Part shown: positions 17,140-27,188 of the stretch, one piece after another
How positions within the stretch are numbered: position 1 is the first letter of the stretch
How the letters are laid out: each line of letters opens with the position of its first letter
From: Nitrospinales bacterium
GTDB lineage: Bacteria; Nitrospinota; Nitrospinia; Nitrospinales; VA-1
Assembly (NCBI GenBank): GCA_965223345.1
Contig: CBDCWG010000001.1
Span: 216,751-280,750 of the forward strand
Direction of reading: 5' to 3'
Length of the DNA stretch: 64,000 bases
Notes under the pieces: generated by a model
What the model was told of the DNA's origin: nothing
The model's input: the letters and a program-made list of their open reading frames with translations, nothing else
Database searches by the model: none
Program-made: the position numbers and the translations under genes

Positions 17140-19694
17140 CGTCCGGCCTCCGGTGAGTCGCTGGCCCTCGCGTGCTGCGTTTCCGTCTCGTTGCGTGTCA
17201 TCTTTTTCGGCCCATCGGTTTTTTCGCCGTTTTTGGCACAACGGAAACCGTAATCTTCCAGACGCGTGTCCGGGTAGCTGTTGTTGCGAAATGAAGAGTA
17301 GATGAACCCGGCCAGGTCCCGCCAGGAACCGCCGCGCAAGACCTTGAATTCGCCCCCGATGGGGCCTCTCGGATTCGCGTAGTCGGATTCCTCGGTATAA
17401 TACTCCCGGTCGTACCAGTCGTCCACCCATTCTTTCACGTTGCCCGCCATGTTGAACACGCCGTACGGGCTTTTCCCCGCCTCCAGCGCGTCCACCGGCA
17501 CCATGACCCTGTGTTTGCGCTCTTCCGTCCAGGCCTGAAGGTAGCGTGCCTGTTCGGGCGTGGGCGGCGTGTTGCCCCAGGGGAAGAGGCGCTTGTCCGC
17601 ACCGCGCGCCGCTTTTTCCCATTCCGCTTCGGTCGGCAGGCGTTTGCCTTTCCATTTGCAGAAGGCCTTGGCGCCGTTCCAGTTGACGTTGTTGATCGGG
17701 AACGCCTCCAGGCCGGGCCGCGGCGCGAAGCGGCCGGTAAAGGTCAGCACCCCGAATTTGTTGTCGAGGTAGTACCCCTTCACATTGTCCACGGCGTTTA
17801 GAAACTCCGCGTAGGCGGTCGCCGAGACTTCGTACTTGTCGATGTAGAACGCATCCACGTAGACCTTGTGTTCGGGCAGTTCGTCTTCGCCGTTCTTGTT
17901 GGAACCCATCGAGAAAAATCCCGCCGGGATGTGCACCATGTTTTCTGGAACCGCATCTTGCCCATTCGGGGTGTCGGGTTCAGACGTTTCCGCGGAAACT
18001 TTTTTCAGGTGCATGGTTTCCAGAAGATTGCGCGCTTCCTCGACGAAGCGGCCCGACGCGTTTTTTTCCACGTACCCTTCCAGAAACGGCTTGGCGGTGT
18101 CCTTCAGGCCGGCGTGGAAATAGATCCAGCCGGTGAAGTATTCCAGCTCCGGCCGGTTTGCAAACCGTTTCGCCGCATCCTCAATGTCTTTCACCATGCC
18201 GCTCACGGCGCTGGGGTCCTTGTCGGCGAGCGCTTTCTGATACCAGCGTTTCGATTCGGCAAATTCGCGCGACAAGAGGGAATAGAATCCCAGGTTCATG
18301 TGCGCCAGCGTCAACAGCTCCTTGTGTCCGGCGGCGTTTTCGATGCCGCGCTTGGTCCAGGCGGCCGCCATGTCGAAATTGCCTTTGCGGTAATGCGTCC
18401 AGCCCAGCTGCACGTAGGCCTTCAGGTTTTTCGGGTCGTATTCGATCAGGTAGCCGTACAGCTCGATGGCGCGGTCGAAATCCTCCTCGCGGTAGTAGGT
18501 CTCCGCCAGCGAGTCCAGCACCTCCGGCTTGCCCGGAAAGCGCTGGCGCAGGTTGGCGAACGTCTGCCGGGCCAGCTCGTAGCGGCCCATTCTGAGATAC
18601 ACATTGCCGAGCGCCATCTCGGTGGACACGTCGCCGGGATTCAGGGCCGCGATGCGTTTCAGATGCAGCAGCGCCCCGAAATAGCGCCGCTTTTCCAGAT
18701 AAAGCCGCACCAGCGCTTTGTGCGCCGCCTCGAAACCCGGGTCGATCTGCACCACCTGCAGGAAGGCCTCCACCGCGCCCTGAGTCTGCCCCGCCTTGTT
18801 GCGGGCGAGTCCCAGGTTGAACAGGGTTGCCGTGTTGTTGGGGTCCGCTTCGAACGCCCGCTGGTAATGCTCGAGCGCCCGGTCCAGCTGGCCGGTCTCC
18901 GAATAGATGTTGGCGAGGTTGTTGTGCGCTTCGATGGAACGCGTGTTGATGCGGGTGGAAAGATCGAGATAAAACACCGCTTTGCCGGGGTTGCCGCCTT
19001 TGTAGTAGACCATCCCCACATTGGAGAAATACGCCCCCAGGGTCTGTTTCTCGCTCAGGTTGGTCATGAAAAATTCCGCCGTTTCCGCCACCCCGAAGCG
19101 TTGCCGGTAAAAGGAATCCGGATGCCGCGCGCCGCGCTCGGTCGCCTCGATGTTGATGCGGGCCCCTTGCGCTTCGTAGCGCACGAAAAAATGATTGGGC
19201 AGCGCCACGCCGTGCAGCGGCAGGTCCAGCCGCTCGGCCAGGATGAGATACAGCAGCGACAGGTTCATGCAGTAGCCGCGCCGGTTTTGCAGCAGGCCGT
19301 GCATGAACAGCTCGGCCGGATCGATGGGGATGCCCTGCGGGTCCACCCGGTCGGTGAAATCGTAGTTGGATTCCAGATGGATCACCGTCCGCAGCGCTTC
19401 CACGATCTGCTCCGGCGTGGAGGCGGCGTTGATTTTTGTACGCAGCGCATCGGTCAGCCGGTCCAGTTCCGCAGTGAGGCCGCTCAGATCGAGAGAGGGA
19501 TCCCGGTCTTTCGAGATCAAGAGCACCGTGCGGGCGAGATCGATGTCTCTGGCGTCCGCTGTGACAAGGGCCGTCAGGGACTGTTCCAGCGAGGGGGCGG
19601 CCCCGGTTTCGGCCTTCGCTGCCGGAGTGCTTAAAAACGGCAGCAGAAACACCAACCCGAGGAAGAGAATCGAATGCAGTCTGCTGGCGCTCAT
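17136..19694 (-). CDS. Exported SirB1/transglutaminase-like + TPR + FGE-sulfatase (SUMF1-like) domain protein
   Basis: Signal peptide; GYCMNLSLLY...LPNHFFVRY; several TPRs; RLPTEAEWEKAARG, NMAGNVKEW, RGGSW, GFRC. Confidence 0.88.
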   Translation of the reverse strand: MSASRLHSILFLGLVFLLPFLSTPAAKAETGAAPSLEQSLTALVTADARDIDLARTVLLISKDRDPSLDLSGLTAELDRLTDALRTKINAASTPEQIVEALRTVIHLESNYDFTDRVDPQGIPIDPAELFMHGLLQNRRGYCMNLSLLYLILAERLDLPLHGVALPNHFFVRYEAQGARINIEATERGARHPDSFYRQRFGVAETAEFFMTNLSEKQTLGAYFSNVGMVYYKGGNPGKAVFYLDLSTRINTRSIEAHNNLANIYSETGQLDRALEHYQRAFEADPNNTATLFNLGLARNKAGQTQGAVEAFLQVVQIDPGFEAAHKALVRLYLEKRRYFGALLHLKRIAALNPGDVSTEMALGNVYLRMGRYELARQTFANLRQRFPGKPEVLDSLAETYYREEDFDRAIELYGYLIEYDPKNLKAYVQLGWTHYRKGNFDMAAAWTKRGIENAAGHKELLTLAHMNLGFYSLLSREFAESKRWYQKALADKDPSAVSGMVKDIEDAAKRFANRPELEYFTGWIYFHAGLKDTAKPFLEGYVEKNASGRFVEEARNLLETMHLKKVSAETSEPDTPNGQDAVPENMVHIPAGFFSMGSNKNGEDELPEHKVYVDAFYIDKYEVSATAYAEFLNAVDNVKGYYLDNKFGVLTFTGRFAPRPGLEAFPINNVNWNGAKAFCKWKGKRLPTEAEWEKAARGADKRLFPWGNTPPTPEQARYLQAWTEERKHRVMVPVDALEAGKSPYGVFNMAGNVKEWVDDWYDREYYTEESDYANPRGPIGGEFKVLRGGSWRDLAGFIYSSFRNNSYPDTRLEDYGFRCAKNGEKTDGPKKMTRNETETQHARASDSPEAGR

Positions 19695-19772
19695 AGATTC
19701 GCAGTGTTCCAGTGGGAGATGGATTCCATTATATCAGATGGCCGCCGGGATTTGGGGCCGGGGAGGGCCGGT

Positions 19773-20063
19773 TCAGCCCCCCGAAACCGATTGCACGATG
19801 GTCAGGCTGTCGCCGGATTTGAGGGGTGTGTCCGTCTGTTTCAGCCAGCGGGTGTTTTCCTCGTTGAGAAAAAACAGCACATGCTGGCGCGGCGCGCCGG
19901 ATTCGTCGAAAAGATGCACCCTGAGCAGCGGATAGCGATCGAGCAGGTGTTCGAGGCACCGGTTGAGGGTGTCCGCCTCGATCTCGACGCGCGAGCGGCC
20001 TTGCGTGCAGTGGGTCAGCAGACTGGGAAGATGCACCGGGATGCGCGGCATGGTTCGCTTCAT
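19773..20063 (-). CDS. MoaD/ThiS-family ubiquitin-like protein
   Basis: Beta-grasp size, ends SVSGG; start 20063 (ATGA overlap) or 20051. Confidence 0.88.
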   Translation of the reverse strand: MKRTMPRIPVHLPSLLTHCTQGRSRVEIEADTLNRCLEHLLDRYPLLRVHLFDESGAPRQHVLFFLNEENTRWLKQTDTPLKSGDSLTIVQSVSGG

Positions 20064-21142
20064 TCCAGCCTGAGGGCCGATACGCAGTAGATCCTCGGAA
20101 ACGCGTGCGGCAGGCTCTGCCAGTGCTCGCCTTCATCGGCGCTGGTGTACAGCGTGCCGCCCGTGGTGCCGAAATAGACCCCGCATGGGTCCTCGGCGTC
20201 GGTGGCCAGCGCGTGGCGCAGCACCGAAACGTAACCGGTTTCGGGAAACCCGTTCGTCAGCGCCTGCCAGGAATCGCCCGCATCGCTGGAACGGTACACA
20301 GCGGGTCGCCCGTTCGGGAAAAACCGGTATTCGTCGCTCTCGAGCGGCGCCACGTACAGCGTCCCCGGCCTGTTGGGATGCACGGCCATGGGAAATCCGA
20401 ACGAAGAGGGCAGGCCGTTTTCGATGCGTTCCCAGGAGTCGCCGCCATCCAAGCTGCGGAACACGCCGCGGTGGTTCTGCTGGAACAGCCGCCGGGGATT
20501 TTGGGGGTCCATCACCAGCCGGTGCACGCAGCGGCCGATGTCTTTGTGCGTTTCCATCTCCAGCGCCGCCATCACCCCCTGGTTTTTGCTGTGCCAGGTC
20601 GCGCCGCCGTCGTCGCTGCGGAACACCCCCACCGCCGAAATCCCCACCCAGATGCGGTCCGCGTTGTCCGGGTCGATCAGGATCGAATGGCAGCACAGGC
20701 CGCCTGCGCCGGGCACCCACTCGCTGCGCGTGGCGTGGCGCGAGAGGCCGGAAAGTTCCTGCCAGTGCAACCCGCGATCGCGCGAGACGAACAATCCCGC
20801 CTCGTCCACCCCGGCGTACAACGTGTCGGGCTGGTCTTTGGGGCCGGGGACGACGGTCCACACGTTGTTGAGCTTGAAACCGGAGTCCGCATCGTAGCTT
20901 GGCCCGTGCTGCACCTGTTCGAAGTGCCCGCCCAGATCGCGTGAGATGTGCAGGGCGGGGCCGTACACGTCGTGCCCGACCGCGGCGTACAGCGTCGGCT
21001 CGGACCGCTGATCGAGCATGAGGTCGAACACCTTCCAGCCCTTGAGAAACGGCCCGCGCAGTTGCCAATCCTTGCGTCCGTTTTGCGACTCCAGCAGAAA
21101 ACCGCCTTTGTCGGTGCCGATGAAAATCCCGTGTCTGGCCAT
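20060..21142 (-). CDS. BNR/Asp-box beta-propeller protein (cytoplasmic)
   Basis: Six SxDxGxxW/F Asp-boxes; no signal peptide; start MARHGIFIGT. Confidence 0.88.
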   Translation of the reverse strand: MARHGIFIGTDKGGFLLESQNGRKDWQLRGPFLKGWKVFDLMLDQRSEPTLYAAVGHDVYGPALHISRDLGGHFEQVQHGPSYDADSGFKLNNVWTVVPGPKDQPDTLYAGVDEAGLFVSRDRGLHWQELSGLSRHATRSEWVPGAGGLCCHSILIDPDNADRIWVGISAVGVFRSDDGGATWHSKNQGVMAALEMETHKDIGRCVHRLVMDPQNPRRLFQQNHRGVFRSLDGGDSWERIENGLPSSFGFPMAVHPNRPGTLYVAPLESDEYRFFPNGRPAVYRSSDAGDSWQALTNGFPETGYVSVLRHALATDAEDPCGVYFGTTGGTLYTSADEGEHWQSLPHAFPRIYCVSALRLE

Positions 21143-21376
21143 CGTGCGCGCATCCTGAAAATGAGTGAAAACAGCGACCTCAATCCTAACACGCAACGCG
21201 GTGCAAAAAGAACGGGATTCCCGTTTGCGGGCCGTGCACAAACAGCCGGTTCCGTTCGGTCGCAGGGGGCACGTGAAATGGCTGAATTTTCATGGTTTTT
21301 TTGAGGCCCGGCCGCGAGGCGTCAAAGCGGCGTGCCAGCATCGTCTTCCCGCTAGCCGCGATGTGTTTTGATCTGC

Positions 21377-21404
21377 TTGAAATTCAATAGATTATTGCTA
21401 TGAT
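21377..21404 (+). promoter_or_regulatory. Sigma70-like promoter with extended -10
   Basis: TTGAAA, 16-nt spacer, TATGAT preceded by TGn. Confidence 0.5.
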
Positions 21405-21453
21405 AGTAAGGATTGGCCCGATTCCTGTATCTCCAACACACAACAGGTGATTT

Positions 21454-22140
21454 ATGGCCGAAAAATTCACACATCTGGACAGCGGTGACAGCGACACCAC
21501 CGAATCGTTCTTTTCCGACCAGCTGTTGAAAGCGCGCATCGAGGCTGGGCTGGAATCGAACGCAGGCTACGACCCGATCTTCGAGGAAGGCCGCAGCGAG
21601 GAATGGAAGGAGCGGCACTGGAAGCAGGTCAAGGCCAACGACCTCAAATACGACGAGGACGTGAACCAGTATATCACCCTCACTCTGGCGGACCTCGCCA
21701 ACCCGCAATCGCTTTCCCTCATCCATAAATACGTGGTCGGTCTCGATGCGGACGTCGGCAAAATCGCCGTCCAGCAGGAACAGACCGCCATCCGGTATTT
21801 TCTCTACAAGATCAACGCGGATTTTCTGCTGCTCAACCTGGGGCTGTTCAACCCGGACGGCAATGTGATGGGAGAGGCCTATTTCGACAAAGGCGAGTCC
21901 TACTATTACAGCGCCGCCACCAGCCTCAAAAAAGTGGAAGGCGGGCGTTCCGGCACCTCCGACGTGCTGGAGAAGCTGGCCAACCAGTTCAAAAAATACG
22001 TGGTCATCCTGAGGCAGATGAAAAACTCCGCCGACAATTATTTCAGCTTTCACTTTAAAGTTTCCGACCTTGAGATCCGTTCGCTCGAGGAAACCCTGAG
22101 CTTCGAAGTGCGCAGGAAAAACGGCCCCGGTCCCGTCTGA
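21454..22140 (+). CDS. Hypothetical protein
   Basis: 228 aa, host-like codon usage, CAGGTG RBS and an upstream promoter-like site. Confidence 0.8.
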   Translation: MAEKFTHLDSGDSDTTESFFSDQLLKARIEAGLESNAGYDPIFEEGRSEEWKERHWKQVKANDLKYDEDVNQYITLTLADLANPQSLSLIHKYVVGLDADVGKIAVQQEQTAIRYFLYKINADFLLLNLGLFNPDGNVMGEAYFDKGESYYYSAATSLKKVEGGRSGTSDVLEKLANQFKKYVVILRQMKNSADNYFSFHFKVSDLEIRSLEETLSFEVRRKNGPGPV

Positions 22141-22196
22141 CCGGCGGCCGCTTCGGACCCTCCGTCCACCCCAAACCACTTTTCCTTTAACAACGG

Positions 22197-23090
22197 ATGC
22201 ACCTCTCCGGCCGAAAAAAAACACAATGGGCGGTCTTTTTGGCCGCCTGCCTGCTGTTTCTGGGCGGCGGCAAGCTGCTGATGGTGTGGGAGGAGAGTGG
22301 CTTTTTTGCGCGGATCCCGCCGTATTCCAATTCGCAGGTGCAATGGACGCGGGTGAACGCCTGGATGCAAGACAAAAAAGCCGTCCCCCTGCATGTGGTG
22401 CCCGATCCTGAGGTGCTGGCGGCCATCCGCGCGATCGTGCGTCCGGCCGGCGTTTCCAGGGAAACGCTGCTCAAAAACGTCATGCGCTTCGTGCACGACA
22501 ATTCCATCCACAAGATCGACGCCGAGCATCACACCTACGCGTTCAAAACCGATGCGGTCCTCAGCATGCTGTTGGCCGTCCAGCGCGGCGAGTCCGGGCA
22601 CAAACCGCATCTGTCCTGCGGCTCGCGCTCCTATGCCATGAAAGGCATCCTCGACGATCTGGGAATCTCCTCCCGCCTGGTGCAGATTTTTTCCAGAGAC
22701 TACAAGCGGATGGAGGGCCACCGTTTTCTGGAGGTCTATGATCCGGAGTCTGCGGCCTGGGAAGCCTGGGACCCCGATTTCAACGTCACCTACGTGGACG
22801 CGCAGAGTGGAGCGCCTGTGGACGTGTTGAGCCTGCTGTTTGCCAAACCCGGACGCGTCGTTCCGGTGCGCGGCGATGTCAAAGGTTGGAACGAAACCGG
22901 CACCGCACACCTGCGCGAGCATTTTTTGCAGGCCGTCCTGTTCGAGGCGCTGACGCTGGACGGCCGGCGTCAGTTTCTGCTGGTTGCGCAAAAAAACCGC
23001 TTCCCGCCGGACACGGTCTTTACAGGCGGCGAGACCACCCAGCAGTGGTTCGATCAGCGCTTCGGAAACCCCGTGACCCTCCGGTTTTAA
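22197..23090 (+). CDS. Membrane-anchored transglutaminase-like protein
   Basis: N-terminal TM; putative Cys-His-Asp triad in HLSCG, GHRFLEVY and WDPDF. Confidence 0.7.
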   Translation: MHLSGRKKTQWAVFLAACLLFLGGGKLLMVWEESGFFARIPPYSNSQVQWTRVNAWMQDKKAVPLHVVPDPEVLAAIRAIVRPAGVSRETLLKNVMRFVHDNSIHKIDAEHHTYAFKTDAVLSMLLAVQRGESGHKPHLSCGSRSYAMKGILDDLGISSRLVQIFSRDYKRMEGHRFLEVYDPESAAWEAWDPDFNVTYVDAQSGAPVDVLSLLFAKPGRVVPVRGDVKGWNETGTAHLREHFLQAVLFEALTLDGRRQFLLVAQKNRFPPDTVFTGGETTQQWFDQRFGNPVTLRF

Positions 23091-23154
23091 AGGCGTTGAC
23101 GTTCCCACCCGCCACTCTGTCTCCCGATCCCTCCTGATCCACAGAAGCCATCCA

Positions 23155-23184
23155 TTGAAAAACTGGCGCGGGGTGCGCTATAAT
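23155..23184 (+). promoter_or_regulatory. Sigma70-like promoter
   Basis: TTGAAA, 18-nt spacer, TATAAT. Confidence 0.6.
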
Positions 23185-23284
23185 ATATTCATGTGTTTTC
23201 TATGTAAATTAATAGTCGAGAGCAACCCGAAACAGAAACGACCGCAAAACACCCCGATACGATACGGCAAACGGCCATCCCGCA

Positions 23285-24529
23285 ATGATCATCTCCGACG
23301 AAGACTTGAAGAAGGCCCGTATTCTGATCGTTGACGATCAGGCGGCCAACGTGCTCCTCTTGCAGCAGTTTCTCAAGCAGCGCGGATTCACCCAGGTGAA
23401 GAGCACCGAGGATTCCCGCCAGGCCGCCGCGCTGTACAGGGAGTTCGATCCGGATCTCGTACTTCTCGATCTGAACATGCCGCATCTGGACGGATTCGCC
23501 GTGATGCAGCAGCTCAGGGAAATCGAAAAGGACAACTACGTGCCCGTGATGGTGTTGACCGCCCAGACGGATCAGGAAAACCGTCTCAAGGCGCTGGAGG
23601 CGGGGGCGAAGGATTTTTTGAGCAAACCGCTCGATTTTGCGGAAGTTTCACTGCGCATCCGCAACATCCTCGAGATCCGCCTGCTCAACAACCTGCTCAG
23701 CGAGTCCAGGCAGTTTTTTGAGATCAAGGCGCGCGAGCGGGCCGTGGAATTAATCAGCAAGGACGAAGCCCTGAACGAGGAGATCAGCAGCCGCATGCTG
23801 GCGGAGCGGGAGAACAAGGGCCTGGCCGAACAGTTGGAGATGAAAAACCAGGAATTGAACGATTTTTTCTACGCCGCCTGCCACGACCTCAAGGAGCCCT
23901 TGCGGAAAATCGTTTCCTTCGGCGGCATGCTGCAGTCTGCGTTGAACGGGGCCGAAGGGAAAGAGGCCGGATATCTGGACCGGCTGGATCATTCGGTGGG
24001 AAGGATGCAGAGTCTCATCGACGATCTGATCCTTTTTTACGAATTTCACCGCAAAAAAAGCGCGTTCCGCTCGCTCGACCTCAATCCGCTGGTCGAAGCG
24101 CTGATCGCCGAGCTCACAGCAGGCGATACCGAGTCAGCGAACCGGGTGGAGAAAAAAACACTCCCCACCCTGGAGGCGGATGCGGAACAGATCGGCCTGC
24201 TGTTCAAGCATCTGATCGCCAACGGGCTCAAGTTTCATGCCCCCGGAAGCCCCTCGAAGGTCTGGCTGGAGGGCCAGTCCCTCGGCAACGGATTCTGGAA
24301 AATCGGCGTGCGCGACGACGGCATCGGCTTCGATCCCAAATACATCCCCACTGTGTTGAAACCGTTCAAGCGCCTGAACACGAAAGATCAATATCCCGGC
24401 AACGGGATGGGGCTGGCCTACTGCCGGCAGGTGGTGTTCAACCACGGGGGAACGCTCAAGATCATCAGCGCGCCGGGGCAGGGCACCAAAGTCGAGATCG
24501 TCCTGCCCGAAACGCAGAGACCGCAATGA
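23285..24529 (+). CDS. Cytoplasmic receiver-HisKA-HATPase hybrid kinase
   Basis: ILIVDD, LLDLNMP; CHDLKEPLR H-box; NGLKF, DDGIG, GNGMGL. Confidence 0.92.
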   Translation: MIISDEDLKKARILIVDDQAANVLLLQQFLKQRGFTQVKSTEDSRQAAALYREFDPDLVLLDLNMPHLDGFAVMQQLREIEKDNYVPVMVLTAQTDQENRLKALEAGAKDFLSKPLDFAEVSLRIRNILEIRLLNNLLSESRQFFEIKARERAVELISKDEALNEEISSRMLAERENKGLAEQLEMKNQELNDFFYAACHDLKEPLRKIVSFGGMLQSALNGAEGKEAGYLDRLDHSVGRMQSLIDDLILFYEFHRKKSAFRSLDLNPLVEALIAELTAGDTESANRVEKKTLPTLEADAEQIGLLFKHLIANGLKFHAPGSPSKVWLEGQSLGNGFWKIGVRDDGIGFDPKYIPTVLKPFKRLNTKDQYPGNGMGLAYCRQVVFNHGGTLKIISAPGQGTKVEIVLPETQRPQ

Positions 24530-24544
24530 GGCCGCCGCAACGGT

Positions 24545-25057
24545 TCATTCGCATTCGGACATGAAACCGATTTTGCAGACCACGGGTTTTGTTTCCACGA
24601 ACCGGTTCAACGTCGCATTCAGCCAGGTCTGCACCAGTTGATACAATTCCTCGTAGAAGGCGCTCAAATCCGAACGCTCGGCGTCCGGGATGGAAAAGCC
24701 TTTTTCCTTCTCGGAGGTTTTGATCAGAAACGCATCCCCTTCCTTTTTGATTCCCAGCACGATCAGCACCGGCTGCGCTGGAAAACCCGCCCCGTTGACG
24801 GGGATCAGAGTCATCTCGATGCCGATGTGCCAGTACATGTCCTGGCCCAGGAGAAGCGCTTCGCTCACAGGGTAGGTTTTTCCCGGCTCGGCTTTCTGCA
24901 GCGTGGGGATCACCCGGAAGCGGTCTTGCGGAACGGAAAAGAAGGTCGCCAGGCCCTCGACCAGAGCTTCTGCGAAATGAATGCAGTCCGCGTGGTAGTC
25001 GGAAAACCGCTGCCTGGAATCGGAATACAGAGTGCAAAGTGCATCGTATCTGGACAT
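24545..25057 (-). CDS. Hypothetical protein
   Basis: 170 aa, GGAGG RBS, ends KIGF-like. Confidence 0.75.
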   Translation of the reverse strand: MSRYDALCTLYSDSRQRFSDYHADCIHFAEALVEGLATFFSVPQDRFRVIPTLQKAEPGKTYPVSEALLLGQDMYWHIGIEMTLIPVNGAGFPAQPVLIVLGIKKEGDAFLIKTSEKEKGFSIPDAERSDLSAFYEELYQLVQTWLNATLNRFVETKPVVCKIGFMSECE

Positions 25058-25153
25058 GGAGAACCCCCTCCTCCCTGGGTGAAATTCAAGAAAAAGAACC
25101 GGGCGCGCGTGAGCCGTATTATCAAACCGTGTGTTGATGTCGTGGGAAAACCC

Positions 25154-27187
25154 TCAACCCTTACGCCGGATCGTGTACTCGCGGTTGACCGGGAAGGGGC
25201 GTTCGAGCACGCTCGTCTCTCCGGTGGACCAGCGCACTTCCACCCGCTCGACGGTTTCAAAACGGTCGAGCCCGAAATGCGCCACCGGCGCGTCGTTGGA
25301 GTGGAAGCCGCCTCCGGCCTTGATCTCGCGCATCTGGTGCCGTTCGCCTTCTGCGCCGTAGTGGAGGGTGATCACACAGCCGATGCAGAACCGGTTGCCC
25401 TTTGCGTCCCTAAGTTTGAAGGTGACGCTGTTTCCCTGTTCGTTGTTGTTGAAGTAAACCTTGAACGGGCCGTACTGCGTGTTGGCGACGATGTCGAGGT
25501 CCCCGTCCCGGTCGATATCGAGGTAGGTGTAGGACGAGCTGTGGTCGCGGTCTTTCAGGCCGAACGCCTCTTCGGCGGCGGCGAAGGTTTCGCCTTTCTG
25601 GTTGTGGAAAAAATTATTCGTGGCGAACTCCTGGGTGATCAGCACCCCGTTCACCACATACAGATCCTGCCATTCGTCGTTGTCCAGGTCCGCAAAGCGC
25701 GCGTTCCAGCTCCATTCGGCGGTGGTGACGCCCGCGCGTTCCGAGATGTCTTCGAATCCCGCACCGCTTGTGCCCATCAACAGAAGGTTCGACAGCGCCC
25801 GCTGCGGGATTTCATCGTCGCCGGTCGCAGCCACAGGCTCGGTCGTAAAAAATTTGCGGCACAGCGTCTGCCCGAGCGCGTGCCCGCGGTCGATCCTGTC
25901 GCACAGCGCGGCGTCCTTGCGTTCCGCCGCAAACAGCGCCAGCCGCGTCACCATGCAGTCCTTCACCAATCGGCGGTTCTCAAGGCGCACGCAGCGTTCC
26001 GAAACGTCCTGCTTTTCCGGATTGAGCAGCGTCACCAGCTGCACCAGATCGTGGCATTCCCCGCGCTCAAGCACACTCGCGCCCGAGTCGCAGAATTCCC
26101 GCCCGGCCTCCCGCATGTCCTGCCCGAAAATATTGGACACCACGTCGATGCCTTTGGAGAAGCCGATGTTGGCGAGATAGATATCCGGGATCAGGTCGTT
26201 GTTGAAATCCCCCGTGTCGATGCTCATGGTGTTCTCGGTGCTGACCGGCAGCACGCCGTCCCGGCGCGTGATCTTTTTCAGCACCCCGTCGCCCGCGCCC
26301 TCGAAATAGGTGTCGGGCACCAGATAGTCGTTGCCCACCACCAGATCGGCGTTCGCGTTGCCGAGAAAATCCGACCACAGGATCGACTGCGTCTGGCCGG
26401 GGACGCCCGGCAGGGTTTTCAGCGTGAAATTCAGGTTGCGGTTGAGTACCAGTTGATCGATCGCGTTGGCGATCGGTTTGCGCGTCAGCACGCCGAGATG
26501 ATAATTGCCGTTGGCGATGTCGAGGAACCCGTCGCGGTCGATGTCCGCGAACGCCGCGGCGTTGGTGAGCAGAACGTCGCCGTTGGGCACCCGCAGCACG
26601 CGCTTGTCTTTCCCTTCGGCAAGCGGGTTGAGGATGAGAAAGTTGCCGGTCTCGAACGTGGTCAGGAAAACGTCCAGCCAGCCGTCGTTGTCCAGGTCCA
26701 CCAGCGCGATGTGGATGCCCTCCTGGCCGATGTCGGTTTTGAGATCCCAGCGCCATTGTTTGAAAGCCTTGCCGTCGATGTTCTGATACAGCGCAAACCC
26801 CCGGTCGGTGGCCACCGCGATGTCCGTCCAGCCGTCGCCGTCCACATCGCCCGAGGCGATGCCGCGGCCGAAGAAAAACGGATCGAAAAAGTTCTGTGGC
26901 GTCAGCTCGTTCCAGTAGCCGATGCCGATTTCAGGCGCGAGAATTTTTGTGAAGGGCAGCGGGCCGGTTTTTTGCCGGGCTTGATGCGGAGTGAAAGCCA
27001 CCGAAATTCCGTCCGCCGTGAAAAAATCCTGGCTCGGCAGGGCGGTGGTCGGGTGGGGCGTGTCCGATGCGGCGGGCAAGGGTTCCACCTTGCGCTGCGA
27101 CGGCGTCCCGGACGGCGCCGGGTCCGCGTCCGCCATCACCGCATCGTACTGCGACAGCCAGGCGATGTGGCGGTGCTCCGAGTAGGC
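25154..27187 (-). CDS. CRTAC1/ASPIC-UnbV FG-GAP repeat protein, 5' end missing at the junction
   Basis: GDVDGDG, DLDNDG, DIDRDG and GDFNND repeats; C-terminal AHFGL...VRWSTG UnbV domain; the upstream ~65 aa of the tracked ORF are an off-frame reading of phoX. Confidence 0.88.
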   Translation of the reverse strand, partial: AYSEHRHIAWLSQYDAVMADADPAPSGTPSQRKVEPLPAASDTPHPTTALPSQDFFTADGISVAFTPHQARQKTGPLPFTKILAPEIGIGYWNELTPQNFFDPFFFGRGIASGDVDGDGWTDIAVATDRGFALYQNIDGKAFKQWRWDLKTDIGQEGIHIALVDLDNDGWLDVFLTTFETGNFLILNPLAEGKDKRVLRVPNGDVLLTNAAAFADIDRDGFLDIANGNYHLGVLTRKPIANAIDQLVLNRNLNFTLKTLPGVPGQTQSILWSDFLGNANADLVVGNDYLVPDTYFEGAGDGVLKKITRRDGVLPVSTENTMSIDTGDFNNDLIPDIYLANIGFSKGIDVVSNIFGQDMREAGREFCDSGASVLERGECHDLVQLVTLLNPEKQDVSERCVRLENRRLVKDCMVTRLALFAAERKDAALCDRIDRGHALGQTLCRKFFTTEPVAATGDDEIPQRALSNLLLMGTSGAGFEDISERAGVTTAEWSWNARFADLDNDEWQDLYVVNGVLITQEFATNNFFHNQKGETFAAAEEAFGLKDRDHSSSYTYLDIDRDGDLDIVANTQYGPFKVYFNNNEQGNSVTFKLRDAKGNRFCIGCVITLHYGAEGERHQMREIKAGGGFHSNDAPVAHFGLDRFETVERVEVRWSTGETSVLERPFPVNREYTIRRKG

Positions 27188-27188
27188 C

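Noticed and set aside
5534..21142. larE, moaA, suf, amrS and moaD as one dedicated sulfur-cofactor gene cluster
   Set aside because: Mixed orientations, separate promoters and unrelated intervening genes; kept as separate observations.
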